Source of the DNA: an uncultured Bacilli bacterium
GTDB taxonomy: Bacteria; Bacillota_I; Bacilli_A; RF39; UBA660
Length of the DNA: 64,000 nt
NCBI GenBank assembly: GCA_934102335.1
Contig: CAKOSP010000001.1
Coordinates: forward strand, 268,511 to 332,510
Reading direction: 5' to 3'
Shown: piece after piece, positions 38,379 to 48,843 of the stretch
Numbering within the stretch: position 1 is the first letter of the stretch
How the letters are laid out: every line of letters starts with the position of its first letter
Notes under the pieces: generated by a model
What the model was told of the DNA's origin: nothing
Seen by the model: the letters and a program-made list of their open reading frames with translations, nothing else
The model's database searches: none
Position numbers and translations under genes: made by a program

Positions 38379-39536
38379 TTATAACTCTCGAATTTCTCTT
38401 TTTAATTTTAAAGTTTTATTTTCAACACACGCTCTTTGAACTAAAAATAACATTATAATTATATTTACCGTAAAACTTCCTCCATAAGACAAGAAAGGAA
38501 GTGGAACTCCTGTTAAAGGTATTAAAGCAAGTATTCCCAACAAATTAATTAATATATGTAATAACAAATACCAAAATACACCATAAGGTATAATACTATT
38601 TCTTAAGGTTTCAGCTTCTTTAGCTATTTTTAAAAGTCTATACAAAATAAGTGCGTATAATAAAATTACTAAAATACCAGTCACCGCACCTAATTCTTCT
38701 ACAATAATTGGGAATATAAAATCAGTATGACTTTCTGGCAAATATAAATATTTTTGAGTACTATTTCCCAAACCTTTTCCAAATAATCCCCCATTTTTCA
38801 TGGCAATTAAACTATTACAAACCTGATAGCCAGTGGATTCAGTATATCTCGAACACGGATCTTTAAAATTTAATCTTCTAAGCTGGGTACTATTTAAAAT
38901 ATTATTACCAGAATAAAGTATTGCCACAACACCTATAACTCCTGCAACAAGTAATATTTTAAAAACTTTCATAAATTGTTTTTTAATATTTGGAATACTT
39001 AAAAACATCATAAAAGAAATTCCTAAAATAATAACTGCTGAACCGAAATCGGGCTGCATCATTATTAAAGCAGCAATAATAAAGCTAACAGCTAACGGAA
39101 TAAAATATAAATATATATTTTTAACATTCTTTTTAGATAAAACATCATAATAACAAGCATAAAAAATAATTATAATAGACTTAGCAAACTCACTAGGTTG
39201 TAATTTAAAAACTTTAAGATTATACCAACTTTGTGCTCCCCCCGTAATTGGAGCATAAATAAATAAACCAGCCAAAGCAATAATAACACTAATAACTAAA
39301 GGCCAAATAATTAAATTATATCGTTTAGTAGGTATTCTCATAATAAACCCTACACCAATTATTGAAGATGCTATCAAAAATATTAATTGTCTTATAAAAA
39401 AATGAGATGGCGATACATGATATCTTAAAACAGTTGATACACTTGAAGCACTAAAAATCATTAAAAGGCCAAAACTACACATTAGTATAGTTGCTCCAAG
39501 TAATACTAAATCCATTTTTTTAAATGTATTTTTCAT
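38379..39536 (-). CDS. SEDS-family peptidoglycan polymerase (FtsW/RodA/SpoVE)
   Basis: 385 aa with about 10 TM segments and the motifs QPSEFAK, PESHTDFIF and PLPFLSYGGS. Confidence 0.85.
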   Translation of the reverse strand: MKNTFKKMDLVLLGATILMCSFGLLMIFSASSVSTVLRYHVSPSHFFIRQLIFLIASSIIGVGFIMRIPTKRYNLIIWPLVISVIIALAGLFIYAPITGGAQSWYNLKVFKLQPSEFAKSIIIIFYACYYDVLSKKNVKNIYLYFIPLAVSFIIAALIMMQPDFGSAVIILGISFMMFLSIPNIKKQFMKVFKILLVAGVIGVVAILYSGNNILNSTQLRRLNFKDPCSRYTESTGYQVCNSLIAMKNGGLFGKGLGNSTQKYLYLPESHTDFIFPIIVEELGAVTGILVILLYALILYRLLKIAKEAETLRNSIIPYGVFWYLLLHILINLLGILALIPLTGVPLPFLSYGGSFTVNIIIMLFLVQRACVENKTLKLKREIREL

Positions 39537-39664
39537 ATATCCACCTAATTATATAATATCATATATTACAACAGATTTAAAAAACAAAATAAATACTTTA
39601 CAATAAAAGTAGCAAATAATTTGAATTAACGTAAAATATAATAGATAAAAAAGGAGGTATATAT

Positions 39665-39856
39665 ATGTACTACTACGGAAATAACGGCTACTACTCTGGT
39701 GGTTATGGAGCTATGCAACAACAATGTTGTCCTTCATATGCTGGATATACAAGTGGCTATGGATTAGGAGCAGCAATATGGATTGTTTTATTTATACTTT
39801 TAGTAATAATAATTGGTGCTGGATGGGCTTGGAACAATCAAAACAACAATAATTAA
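39665..39856 (+). CDS. YjcZ-like tiny Gly/Tyr-rich sporulation membrane protein
   Basis: 63 aa. A GY-rich N-terminus is followed by AIWIVLFILLVIIIGA, as in the Bacillus YjcZ family. AAGGAGG SD. Confidence 0.55.
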   Translation: MYYYGNNGYYSGGYGAMQQQCCPSYAGYTSGYGLGAAIWIVLFILLVIIIGAGWAWNNQNNNN

Positions 39857-39883
39857 ATATATCTAAATTTAAATCAATTAAAA

Positions 39884-39907
39884 AGTCAGGTAACCTCCTG
39901 ACTTTTT
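39884..39907 (+). terminator. rho-independent terminator
   Basis: AGTCAGG-TAACCT-CCTGACT followed by TTTTT. Confidence 0.75.
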
Positions 39908-40165
39908 AACTATTTTTCAAATATAAGTCTAATTTTTACCCATAAACTTTTTCATTTTACTTCCATCATTATCCTAAACATGGTCTTCTAAATTAGAAGT
40001 TTTTATCAAATGTTATAAAATAACAAATCAAATATTCCACCAATAAAAATCCATTGCTAATGTCATTTTCTATTCTTCTTTTACGTATTTATAATATCTA
40101 CAAAAATAATTTTTTGCTTTTTTGACATTTTTTTGATACAATATTGCACGAAAGACGGGGTTATT

Positions 40166-40717
40166 ATGAAATTACCAGATATTAAAATTTTAGACGAAAA
40201 ACAAAAAGTCTTACATCAAAAAAGTAAAGAAGTAAAATTTCCACTTACTGACGAATATAAAAAAAGACTATTTGATATTATTAAATACTTAGAAATGAGC
40301 CAAGACGAAAAATATATAAAAAAATATAACTTACGTGCTGGTATGGGGTTATCATTAGTTCAAATAGGCATTTTAGACAGAGCATTTGTAATTGCCAATG
40401 AAAATGATGATAAAACCTTTGAAGAACATATAATTATCAACCCAGAAATAATTGCCAAAAGCGAAGAATTAGTTTACGTTGGCGAAGGTGAAGGCTGTTT
40501 AAGCGTTAATCGTGAAGTCGAAGGAATAGTTCCAAGGCATGCAAGAATAACAGTTAAATATCAAGATCTTGATGGGAATTTTAAAACAATTAGAGTCCGT
40601 GAAGAAATATCAATTGCTTTCCAGCATGAAATAGATCATTTAAATGGAATTTTATTCGTAGACAAAATAGATCCTAAAAATCCCTATAAAAATAAAGAAA
40701 AAATGCGAGAAATTTAA
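40166..40717 (+). CDS. def: peptide deformylase
   Basis: Motifs GMGLSLVQIG, EGCLS and HEIDHLNG. Start set at the ATG (MKLPDI), downstream of a TGaTACAAT extended -10. The ORF track starts at an upstream TTG. Confidence 0.9.
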   Translation: MKLPDIKILDEKQKVLHQKSKEVKFPLTDEYKKRLFDIIKYLEMSQDEKYIKKYNLRAGMGLSLVQIGILDRAFVIANENDDKTFEEHIIINPEIIAKSEELVYVGEGEGCLSVNREVEGIVPRHARITVKYQDLDGNFKTIRVREEISIAFQHEIDHLNGILFVDKIDPKNPYKNKEKMREI

Positions 40718-40727
40718 CTCGCATTTT

Positions 40728-43658
40728 TTAATCTTCTAATTTAGCACTTACAATTTTTGAAACTCCAGATTCTTGCATAGTAATACCATATAAAGTATCT
40801 GCATATTCCATCATTCTTTTTTTATGAGTAATCAATATAAATTGAGACTCTTTTTTCTTCTCAGAAATATATTTTCCAAACATATCCACATTAGCTTCAT
40901 CTAATGCAGCCTCAGCTTCATCTAATATTATGAAGGGCACAGGTCTTACATTTAATATGGCAAAAAGCAAACATATTGCCGTAAGTGATTGTTCACCACC
41001 AGATAAAGCCACTGTTGAATTTATTTTTTTACCAGGAGGTTCAGCAATAATTTCTATCCCACTCGTAAGTAAATCATCTGGGTTAGTAAGTCTAAGTTCA
41101 CCTTTACCACCTTGAAAGATAGTTTTAAATACAGTCTTAAATTCTTTAGAAATACTTTCAAAAGAACTTTTGAACTTAGAAATCATTATTTCATCCATTT
41201 CAGATATAATATTTAAAAGCTCATCACTAGCATGCTCTAAATCCATCTTTTGATTTTCTAAAAATTCATATCTTTTAGAAAGTCTTTCATATTCATCAAT
41301 AGAGCCTAAATTAACACTTCCTAAATCATCCAAAGCCTTTTTCGTGGTTTTAACTTTTTCTCTAGCAATGTTTTCTTCCAAATCCAAACTATATTTTGAA
41401 TCAGCAGCTTCATAAGTTAAATTATAATTCTCACTTAATGTTATTAATAAATTATCTAATTTAACGTCCAATTTACCCTTTTCAATTTCATGTTCTTTTA
41501 ATTCAGTTTGTAACTTATTATATTTAGAATTATTATCTCTATATTTAAGCTCTAAATCATTTATTTGATTATTTAAATCATCTCTTTTACTTTTTAAATC
41601 TTTTAATTCATTTTCTAATAAAGTCTTTTCTTCACTCTTTTTAGTAAAAGCTTCCAAAATACGAATTAATTCTTCATCCAATTTATTATTAATAATGTTT
41701 TTTGAACCGGCTATTTCAGATTTTTTTTCATTTAAAGCTATTTGTAAAGTTTTTTGAGACAATTCCTTAGTATTTAAACTTTCTTTAAGCATAATTAATT
41801 CTTTATTTAAAACTTCTTCTTTTTCAAGCTTAGTAAAAAAATCATCATTTACCCTGCTTTGTTCTTGCATCAAAGTTTTTAAATTTAATTCTAAATTACT
41901 TTTTTCTAATTCTAAATTTTTAAGAATTTGTTTACTAGATCTATTTATACTATTATTAGCATTTCCTCCAGATATAGATCCACCAACGTGCATTATTTCG
42001 CCATCTAAAGAAACACATCTATACTTATAATCATATTTTTTACTTATATCATTTAAAACTTCCAAAGAATCAACAACCAAAACATTTCCTAATTGATTTT
42101 CAATAATATTTTTATAAATAGAATCAAAGCTTACCAAATTTGAAGCAAGTCCAATAAATCCTTTTTCTTTTTCAAGTTTTCTTAATATTGTAGAATCTAT
42201 ACTTCTAGATTTAATTGTGTCTAACGGAAAAAAAGTAGCTCTTCCTAAATTTTCTTGTTTTAAAAATTCAATACACTTTTTGGCACTTGTAAAATCATCT
42301 ACAACTATAAAATTACTACTAGCTCCAAGAATAGTATTAATTGCTAATTCAAACTCAGTTGGTATATCAATTAAATTACCAATTGTATTATGTACACCTC
42401 TTAATCGAGGATTATTAATAATATTTTTTACTGAGGTTGGAAGCATTGCATTATTTAAAACATTTTCTTTAGCAATATCTATTTTATTTTGAAGATAAAA
42501 CAAATTTTTATTTTTTTCATCTACACTACTATTAATTGATGTTCTTTTAATTTTTAATTTTAATAACTCATCACCAAGTAAACTTATTTCTTTTTCTTTA
42601 CTTTGCTTTTTAGAAATTAGCTCTTTAACCTCGCTATCAACAATATTAAAATTTTTCTCCAGTTCTAATTCTTCTTCTTTAGATTTTATTAAACTTGAAG
42701 ACACATTATTTTTATCTACGCCATATTTTTGTCTTTCTAAAGTTATTTGCTTTTCAGAGGCTATTTTTGATAATTCATCATTGATGTCAATTAAATCAGC
42801 ATTAATTTTTGAGATACGTTCATCAACTTTTAATGCCTCTAATTTAGCTTTTTCAAGTTCAGTCGTATCTTCTATATTTTTATATTTTAAAAGATCATCC
42901 TCCAAAGAAGTAATTTCTTGTTTTAATTCCTCATACCTTTTATTTATTCTTGTAATATCACTCGCAATTAAAGCAATTTCAACACTCTCTAATTCTTCTT
43001 TTAAGGCTAAGTATTTTTTAGCTTCTTCACTTTGTTTTTTTAAAGGTAAAACCGTTTTAGAAAGTTCATCTACAACAAGTTTAATGGCATTTAAATTGTC
43101 CTTAGTTTTATCAAGTTTTCTAATGGCCTCTTCTTTTCTTTTTTTATACTTTAAGACACTTGCAGCCGATTCAAAAATAGTTCTTCTTTCTAAAGGTTTA
43201 CTATTAACTATATCTGTTATATTTCCTTGACTAATTATATTAAAAGAACCTGCACCAGCTCCAGAATCTAAAAATAAATTAGTTATATCTTTTAATCTAA
43301 CTTTAGTATTATTAATAAAGTATTCATTTTCACCAGTTATATAAACCATTCTTTTAATTTCTATTTCTTCAAAATCCGAATTCAAATAATGATCTTTATT
43401 ATCGAAAATCAAACTTACACTTGCTCGTTTTTGTGGTTCTCTAGAAGAAGATCCTGAAAATATAACATCACTCATATTATCGGAACCACGTAAAGATTTT
43501 ACTGATTGTTCACCCATTACCCATCTTATGGCATCCACAATATTACTTTTACCAGAACCATTTGGGCCCACAATTGCAGTTATACCATTATTTAATTCTA
43601 AGTCTATCTTATCAGCAAATGACTTAAAACCGCTTGCTCTTATTCCTTTTAAATACAT
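40728..43658 (-). CDS. smc: chromosome partition protein SMC
   Basis: 976 aa. Walker A GPNGSGKSN, long coiled coils, a hinge, the signature LSGGE and Walker B ILDEAEAALD. Confidence 0.93.
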   Translation of the reverse strand: MYLKGIRASGFKSFADKIDLELNNGITAIVGPNGSGKSNIVDAIRWVMGEQSVKSLRGSDNMSDVIFSGSSSREPQKRASVSLIFDNKDHYLNSDFEEIEIKRMVYITGENEYFINNTKVRLKDITNLFLDSGAGAGSFNIISQGNITDIVNSKPLERRTIFESAASVLKYKKRKEEAIRKLDKTKDNLNAIKLVVDELSKTVLPLKKQSEEAKKYLALKEELESVEIALIASDITRINKRYEELKQEITSLEDDLLKYKNIEDTTELEKAKLEALKVDERISKINADLIDINDELSKIASEKQITLERQKYGVDKNNVSSSLIKSKEEELELEKNFNIVDSEVKELISKKQSKEKEISLLGDELLKLKIKRTSINSSVDEKNKNLFYLQNKIDIAKENVLNNAMLPTSVKNIINNPRLRGVHNTIGNLIDIPTEFELAINTILGASSNFIVVDDFTSAKKCIEFLKQENLGRATFFPLDTIKSRSIDSTILRKLEKEKGFIGLASNLVSFDSIYKNIIENQLGNVLVVDSLEVLNDISKKYDYKYRCVSLDGEIMHVGGSISGGNANNSINRSSKQILKNLELEKSNLELNLKTLMQEQSRVNDDFFTKLEKEEVLNKELIMLKESLNTKELSQKTLQIALNEKKSEIAGSKNIINNKLDEELIRILEAFTKKSEEKTLLENELKDLKSKRDDLNNQINDLELKYRDNNSKYNKLQTELKEHEIEKGKLDVKLDNLLITLSENYNLTYEAADSKYSLDLEENIAREKVKTTKKALDDLGSVNLGSIDEYERLSKRYEFLENQKMDLEHASDELLNIISEMDEIMISKFKSSFESISKEFKTVFKTIFQGGKGELRLTNPDDLLTSGIEIIAEPPGKKINSTVALSGGEQSLTAICLLFAILNVRPVPFIILDEAEAALDEANVDMFGKYISEKKKESQFILITHKKRMMEYADTLYGITMQESGVSKIVSAKLED

Positions 43659-43667
43659 TATATCAAC

Positions 43668-44318
43668 CTACTTTGCACTTTTATTATAAGCATCTAAAGC
43701 AGCATGCTGCTCAGCTTCTTTTTTTGACTTACCTGTTCCTCTTCCATAAACAATTCCATCAATTCTTACTTCAAATGTAAACGTTTTATCATGAGGTTCA
43801 CCAGTTTCTTTTATTAAAACATACTCTAAAGACTTTTTATCTGTTTGAACTAATTCTTGTAATAAAGTTTTATAGTCAGTTAAAAATTTTGTTTCACTTT
43901 TTATATATGGAATTACATATTTATATACAAATTTTTTAGCTGTATCAAATCCCTGATCTAAATAAATAGCCCCCAAGACTGATTCAAAAACATCAGCAAT
44001 AATAGTGTCATTTAAATTATGAGCTTGTCCATGTCCAAGTTTTATATAATGATCTAAGCCAATTTTTTTAGCATAGAAAGCCAAAGCTGCTTCACAAACA
44101 TAACTAGCTCTAGTCTTACTCATATTACCTTCATCTAAGTTGGTATTTAAATAAAAATATTCACTAGTAATTGCTTCTAAAATTGCATCACCTAAATATT
44201 CTAATCTTTCATAATTTTCTACACCCTTATGTTCATTAGAATAAGAACTATGAGTAATCGCAGTTACAAGTAATTTTTCATCATTTATATTAATACCAAT
44301 TTCTTTTAAAAATTTCAT
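43668..44318 (-). CDS. rnc: ribonuclease III
   Basis: ERLEYLGDAILE signature and a C-terminal dsRBD. rnc-smc gene order. Confidence 0.92.
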   Translation of the reverse strand: MKFLKEIGININDEKLLVTAITHSSYSNEHKGVENYERLEYLGDAILEAITSEYFYLNTNLDEGNMSKTRASYVCEAALAFYAKKIGLDHYIKLGHGQAHNLNDTIIADVFESVLGAIYLDQGFDTAKKFVYKYVIPYIKSETKFLTDYKTLLQELVQTDKKSLEYVLIKETGEPHDKTFTFEVRIDGIVYGRGTGKSKKEAEQHAALDAYNKSAK

Positions 44319-44418
44319 ATTATCATTCCATTCTTTAACATTATACCAAAAATGCTTAGAAATTTAAACAATTTACAAACAAATAATTTTATTGTAAAAT
44401 TATTTATGGTGAATACAT

Positions 44419-44640
44419 TTGAAAAACTTTTGTATTTTTTGTATAAAATTATACCAAGTAACTCCACTACATACCCATAGCTTATGTCGTTTTACCCCTA
44501 CATGTAGTGAATACGCCAAACAAGCTATTGAAAAATTTGGAGTTTTAAAAGGATGTAAATTAGGAATAAAAAGAATTTTAAAATGTCACCCAGGTGGTAA
44601 ATTTGGTTATGATCCATTAATAAATGAGGAGAAACAATGA
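44419..44640 (+). CDS. yidD: membrane protein insertion efficiency factor YidD
   Basis: LYQ..P......CRFTPTCSEYA..AI..FG and KCHP motifs. TTG start. Confidence 0.8.
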   Translation: MKNFCIFCIKLYQVTPLHTHSLCRFTPTCSEYAKQAIEKFGVLKGCKLGIKRILKCHPGGKFGYDPLINEEKQ

Positions 44641-45497
44641 AAAAAATCAATTATATTTTTTTAATACTTTTAAGCATATTTTTATTAGGAGGTTGTTCAT
44701 TTAATCGTGATAATCTAGAAGATGCTAAAATATATGTTACGAATTATCCAGTCAAATATCTTTTAGACACATTTTATAAAGATCATGCCACAATTGAAAG
44801 TATTTACCCCAGTGATGCCGACACAACAACCTATCAATTAACTGACAAACAAATTAAAGATTATTCGAAAGGTCAAATGTTTGTTTATAATGGTTTAACT
44901 GAAGAAAAAAAGCTAGCAAAAGAATTCATTAGTAAAAATGATAACTTACTAATTATGGATGTTTCCTACGGGCTTTCCTTACAATATTCATTGGAAGAAC
45001 TATGGTTAAGTCCAAATAATTATTTGATGTTAGCAAAAAATGTTAGAGATAACTTTAGAGAATATTTAACAAATAAAACGATTAAAGAAGAAATAGAAAA
45101 TCGTTACAATGATTTAGCAGAAAAACTATCAATCATGGATGCCGATTTAAGAAGTATTGGAAAACAAGCTAAAGCTAAAAATAAAGCTTTGATTGTGGGG
45201 TCTTCAAAAGCATATAAATATTTAGAAAATTATGGATTTACCACAGTGTGTTTAGATGATGATACTTATAAAGATGAAACTGCAATTAAAACTTTAAAAA
45301 ACAATTTTAAAAACAATAAGTATTCCGTATTAATTTATGATCCAGATGATGCCAGTGATTTAGTTCAAAGTCTAATTTCAGATACAAAAGCTAATAATAT
45401 TAAATTATCAAAAATGACTTATGGAATTTCTGATGAAGATTATATAGGCACAATGCAAATATTTATAGATTCTTTAAGAAACGCTACTACAAATTAA
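44637..45497 (+). CDS. ZnuA/TroA-like (cluster A-I) lipoprotein lacking the canonical His ligands
   Basis: Lipobox LLGGC. The layout VTNYP..YLL...SIYPS.ADTTTYQLT...FVYNG aligns with ZnuA-type binding proteins, but the three ligand His positions read T, L and S. Confidence 0.5.
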   Translation: MKKINYIFLILLSIFLLGGCSFNRDNLEDAKIYVTNYPVKYLLDTFYKDHATIESIYPSDADTTTYQLTDKQIKDYSKGQMFVYNGLTEEKKLAKEFISKNDNLLIMDVSYGLSLQYSLEELWLSPNNYLMLAKNVRDNFREYLTNKTIKEEIENRYNDLAEKLSIMDADLRSIGKQAKAKNKALIVGSSKAYKYLENYGFTTVCLDDDTYKDETAIKTLKNNFKNNKYSVLIYDPDDASDLVQSLISDTKANNIKLSKMTYGISDEDYIGTMQIFIDSLRNATTN

Positions 45498-45546
45498 TTG
45501 ACAATAATAAAGTTTTACGATAAAATGTTATACGTAAGCTTTTTAC

Positions 45547-45637
45547 GGAGTAGTACTCAAGAGGCTGAAGAGGCGCCCCTGCTAAGGGTGTAGACCGGGC
45601 AACTGGTGCGAGAGTTCAAATCTCTCCTGCTCCGCCA
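45547..45637 (+). tRNA. tRNA-Ser (anticodon GCT)
   Basis: GGAGTAGTACTCAAGAGGCTGAAGAGG..CCCCTGCTAAGGG..long variable arm..GAGTTCAAATCTCTCCTGCTCCGCCA. Confidence 0.9.
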
Positions 45638-45646
45638 AATAAAAAT

Positions 45647-45669
45647 AACACGATTTATCGTGTTTTTTT
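45647..45669 (+). terminator. rho-independent terminator after tRNA-Ser
   Basis: AACACGAT-TT-ATCGTGTT followed by T7. Confidence 0.75.
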
Positions 45670-45694
45670 GTTTGTTACAATTTCTACACAAAAT

Positions 45695-45715
45695 AAAAAA
45701 GTCCTTTAAAAGGAC
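45695..45715 (-). terminator. rho-independent terminator after the Lys-Ile-Glu tRNA operon
   Basis: GTCCTT-TAA-AAGGAC followed by a T-run on the minus strand. Confidence 0.65.
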
Positions 45716-45727
45716 TAATTTACAAAT

Positions 45728-45804
45728 TGGTGACCCGTACGGGATTTGAACCCATAAATGCATGCGTGAAAGGCATGTGTGTTCAACCATTTCACCAACG
45801 GGCC
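45728..45804 (-). tRNA. tRNA-Glu (anticodon TTC)
   Basis: GGCCCGTTGGTGAAATGG...GCCTTTCACGCATGC...GGTTCAAATCCCGTACGGGTCACCA. Close to B. subtilis tRNA-Glu. Confidence 0.9.
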
Positions 45805-45812
45805 ATAACTAA

Positions 45813-45889
<77 letters not shown>

Positions 45890-45955
45890 ATTAATCTGGA
45901 CTGCTATTTCATTTTACCTTATTTATTTCAAAAAAGCAACCATTTTTTCATAAAT

Positions 45956-46031
45956 TGGTGTCCCCTTAGGGATTCGAACCCTAGACCCACTGATTAAGAG
46001 TCAGTTGCTCTACCAGCTGAGCTAAGGAGAC
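45956..46031 (-). tRNA. tRNA-Lys (anticodon CTT)
   Basis: GTCTCCTTAGCTCAGCTGGTAGAGCAACTGACTCTTAATCAGT...TAGGGTTCGAATCCCTAAGGGGACACCA. Confidence 0.9.
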
Positions 46032-46094
46032 AAAACCAAATTACTCAATTATTATAACAAATAAATTTTAATTTGTATAGTAAAAATTATTAAT

Positions 46095-47126
46095 TTATTT
46101 TATAAACATTGCATCACCAAATGAGAAAAATCTATAATTATTTTCAATAGCGTGTTTATAAGCATTTAACATATATTCTCTTTTAGAAAGAGCACTAACT
46201 AACATTAATAAAGTTGACTTTGGTAAATGAAAATTAGTTATTAATCCATCTATAGCCATATATTCAAAGCCTGGATATATAAATATATCAGTATTGCCAG
46301 AACAAGCTACAAATCTATTATATTTATGCATAATAGTTTCTAAAGTTCTAGTTGAAGTTGTTCCAACAGCATAAATTTTTCGTTTTTCTTCCTTTGCTTT
46401 ATTTAATCTATTTGCAGCATCTTCACTCATCTCATAATACTCTGTATGCATTTTATGCTTAGTAATATCACTTTCCTCTACTGGTCTAAATGTTCCTAAA
46501 CCAACATGAAGAGTTACATATATTATTTCTACACCCTTATTTTGAATTTCTTTCAATAATTCTTGAGTAAAATGAAGTCCAGCAGTAGGAGCAGCAGCAG
46601 ATCCGTCTACTTTAGCATAAACAGTTTGATACCTAGATTGATCTTTTAATTTCTCATGAATGTATGGAGGAAGTGGCATCGTACCCAATTGTTCTAAAAT
46701 TTCCATGAATATACCTTCATATAAAAATTCCACTCTTACTATACCATCTTCTTTTTTTTCTAAAACTTTAGCTTGTAAAATATTGCCAAAATCTATAATT
46801 GTCCCAACATGAAGTCTTTTACCTGGTTTTGCTAAAGCATCCCATACATCATTTTCAATATTTTTTAAAAGAAGTAATTCTATATGAGCATTAGTTTCCT
46901 GTTTTATGCCTATTAATCTTGCAGGAATAACTTTTGTATTATTTAATACCAAACAATCTCCTGGTTTTAAATAACTTATTATATTCTTAAAAACATTATC
47001 TTCTAATTCTCCTGTATTTTTATCCATAACTAAAAGTTTAGATTCACTTCTATTTTTAAGTGGAGTTTGAGCAATTAACTCTTTAGGAAGTTCATAATCA
47101 TAATCATTTATATTCAACTTTATCAC
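46095..47126 (-). CDS. queA: S-adenosylmethionine:tRNA ribosyltransferase-isomerase
   Basis: 343 aa with the motifs [26 protein letters not shown] and [10 protein letters not shown]. Confidence 0.93.
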   Translation of the reverse strand: MIKLNINDYDYELPKELIAQTPLKNRSESKLLVMDKNTGELEDNVFKNIISYLKPGDCLVLNNTKVIPARLIGIKQETNAHIELLLLKNIENDVWDALAKPGKRLHVGTIIDFGNILQAKVLEKKEDGIVRVEFLYEGIFMEILEQLGTMPLPPYIHEKLKDQSRYQTVYAKVDGSAAAPTAGLHFTQELLKEIQNKGVEIIYVTLHVGLGTFRPVEESDITKHKMHTEYYEMSEDAANRLNKAKEEKRKIYAVGTTSTRTLETIMHKYNRFVACSGNTDIFIYPGFEYMAIDGLITNFHLPKSTLLMLVSALSKREYMLNAYKHAIENNYRFFSFGDAMFIK

Positions 47127-47602
47127 CTACTACTTTTTACATATAAAACATGTTTATATGAAATATTATCTTCAATAATTTCTTCTAAAATATTATATTC
47201 ATAATTATTTTTTTCTAAAATAGGAAAATATTCATCAGCATCTTTTTGATCGTCAACAACAGTTAAAAACACTTTACCAGCATATTTTAAAAAATAATCA
47301 AATAAATTTTTACCACCAATTACATACACATCATCTTGAGTATCTTTAAATCTTTTTAATATTTCTTCAGCACTCTTAACTATTTCCACCCCGGATACAT
47401 CCTTTAAAGTATTACTTACCACAATATTATACCTATTTGAAAATATTCTATTATTTTGATTATATACATCTTCATCCATTACAATAGTGTGATTTATAGT
47501 AATTTTTTTAAAAAACTTTAAATCACTTGGTAAGTCCCATAATGATATCTTATTTTTAGCTAATTCATTATTTTTACCTATTGTTGCAATTATACTGATC
47601 AT
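47123..47602 (-). CDS. folA: dihydrofolate reductase family protein (divergent NADPH loop)
   Basis: 159 aa. Aligns colinearly with E. coli DHFR: MISIIA.., W22, D27, F31, R57, GG95-96 and T113 are conserved, but residues 43-46 read DEDV instead of GRxT. Confidence 0.75.
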   Translation of the reverse strand: MISIIATIGKNNELAKNKISLWDLPSDLKFFKKITINHTIVMDEDVYNQNNRIFSNRYNIVVSNTLKDVSGVEIVKSAEEILKRFKDTQDDVYVIGGKNLFDYFLKYAGKVFLTVVDDQKDADEYFPILEKNNYEYNILEEIIEDNISYKHVLYVKSSR

Positions 47603-47610
47603 AGTACCTC

Positions 47611-48843
47611 CTATTTAATTATTGGAAACTGTTTTGTTATATTTAATACTTGTTCTGATAAATTATTTAAAGTTTCTTCATTATCAAAATTTTTCAAAGC
47701 TGTAGCAATTATATGACCGATTTTTTCAAAGTCTGTTTCTTTTAAACCTCTAGTAGTCATAGCAGCTCCGCCTAATCTAATTCCGCTTGTAATAAATGGC
47801 TTTTCATCGTCGTTAGGAATAGTATTTTTATTTACTGTTATATGAATTCTATCTAATATCTGCTCTGCTTGCTTACCAGTTAAATTACAACCAGATTTTA
47901 CATTAAGTAAGAACAAATGATTATCTGTTCCACCAGAAACTACCTTAAATCCCTCTGAAATTAAAGTTTTAGCAAGAACATTAGTATTTTTAATTACTTG
48001 TTTAATATAATCTTTAAACTCCGGTTGTAAAGCTTCATAAAAGCATTGAGCTTTAGCAGCAATTACATGCATAAGCGGACCGCCCTGAATTCCTGGAAAT
48101 ATTGTTTTATTTATTTTATTAATAATTTCTTCATTATTAGTTAAAATCAATCCCCCTCTTGGTCCTCTTAAAGTTTTATGAGTTGTAGTAGTTACAACAT
48201 CAGCATAATAAGTAGGGTTTTGATGTTCATGGGCAGCTACTAAACCAGCAATATGAGCCATATCAACCATTAAATAAGCTCCCACTTTTAAAGCAATCTC
48301 CTTAAATTTTTTAAAATCAATCATTCTTGAATATGCTGAAGCACCAGCAATAATCATTTTAGGTTTTTCTTTTAAAGCAATCCTTTCTACTTGATCATAA
48401 TCAATAAGTTCAGTAATTGGATCAACATCATATGATACAATCTCATAATCCTGTCCACTAAAACTCATCTTATGCCCATGTGTCAAATGACCTCCGTTTG
48501 ATAAATTCATACCCATAACTTTATCACCATGGTTTAATAAAGCACGATAAACAGCCATATTAGCACTTGAACCAGAATGAGGTTGTACATTTGCATACTT
48601 AACATCAAATAACTTACACGCGTTTTCTATAGCCCTTTTTTCTACTATATCAACATTTTCACAGCCACCATAATATCTTTTTTCCGGATAACCCTCTGCG
48701 TATTTATTAGTAAATATACTTCCTTGTAAATTTAATATGTCTTTAGAAACATAATTTTCTGAAGCAATTAATTCAATATTATTATTTTGTCTTTCGATTT
48801 CTTTTTGTAAAGCATCACTAATTATTTTATCCATTTTTTTCAC
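47611..48843 (-). CDS. glyA: serine hydroxymethyltransferase
   Basis: Motifs [15 protein letters not shown] and [14 protein letters not shown] (PLP lysine). Confidence 0.94.
   Translation of the reverse strand: MKKMDKIISDALQKEIERQNNNIELIASENYVSKDILNLQGSIFTNKYAEGYPEKRYYGGCENVDIVEKRAIENACKLFDVKYANVQPHSGSSANMAVYRALLNHGDKVMGMNLSNGGHLTHGHKMSFSGQDYEIVSYDVDPITELIDYDQVERIALKEKPKMIIAGASAYSRMIDFKKFKEIALKVGAYLMVDMAHIAGLVAAHEHQNPTYYADVVTTTTHKTLRGPRGGLILTNNEEIINKINKTIFPGIQGGPLMHVIAAKAQCFYEALQPEFKDYIKQVIKNTNVLAKTLISEGFKVVSGGTDNHLFLLNVKSGCNLTGKQAEQILDRIHITVNKNTIPNDDEKPFITSGIRLGGAAMTTRGLKETDFEKIGHIIATALKNFDNEETLNNLSEQVLNITKQFPIIK

Noticed and set aside
39908-40130. ORF-free stretch of about 220 nt between the yjcZ-like gene and def
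   Set aside because: I found no repeat, hairpin beyond the terminator, conserved motif or small ORF with an SD. The only signal is the def promoter (TGaTACAAT) at its right end.
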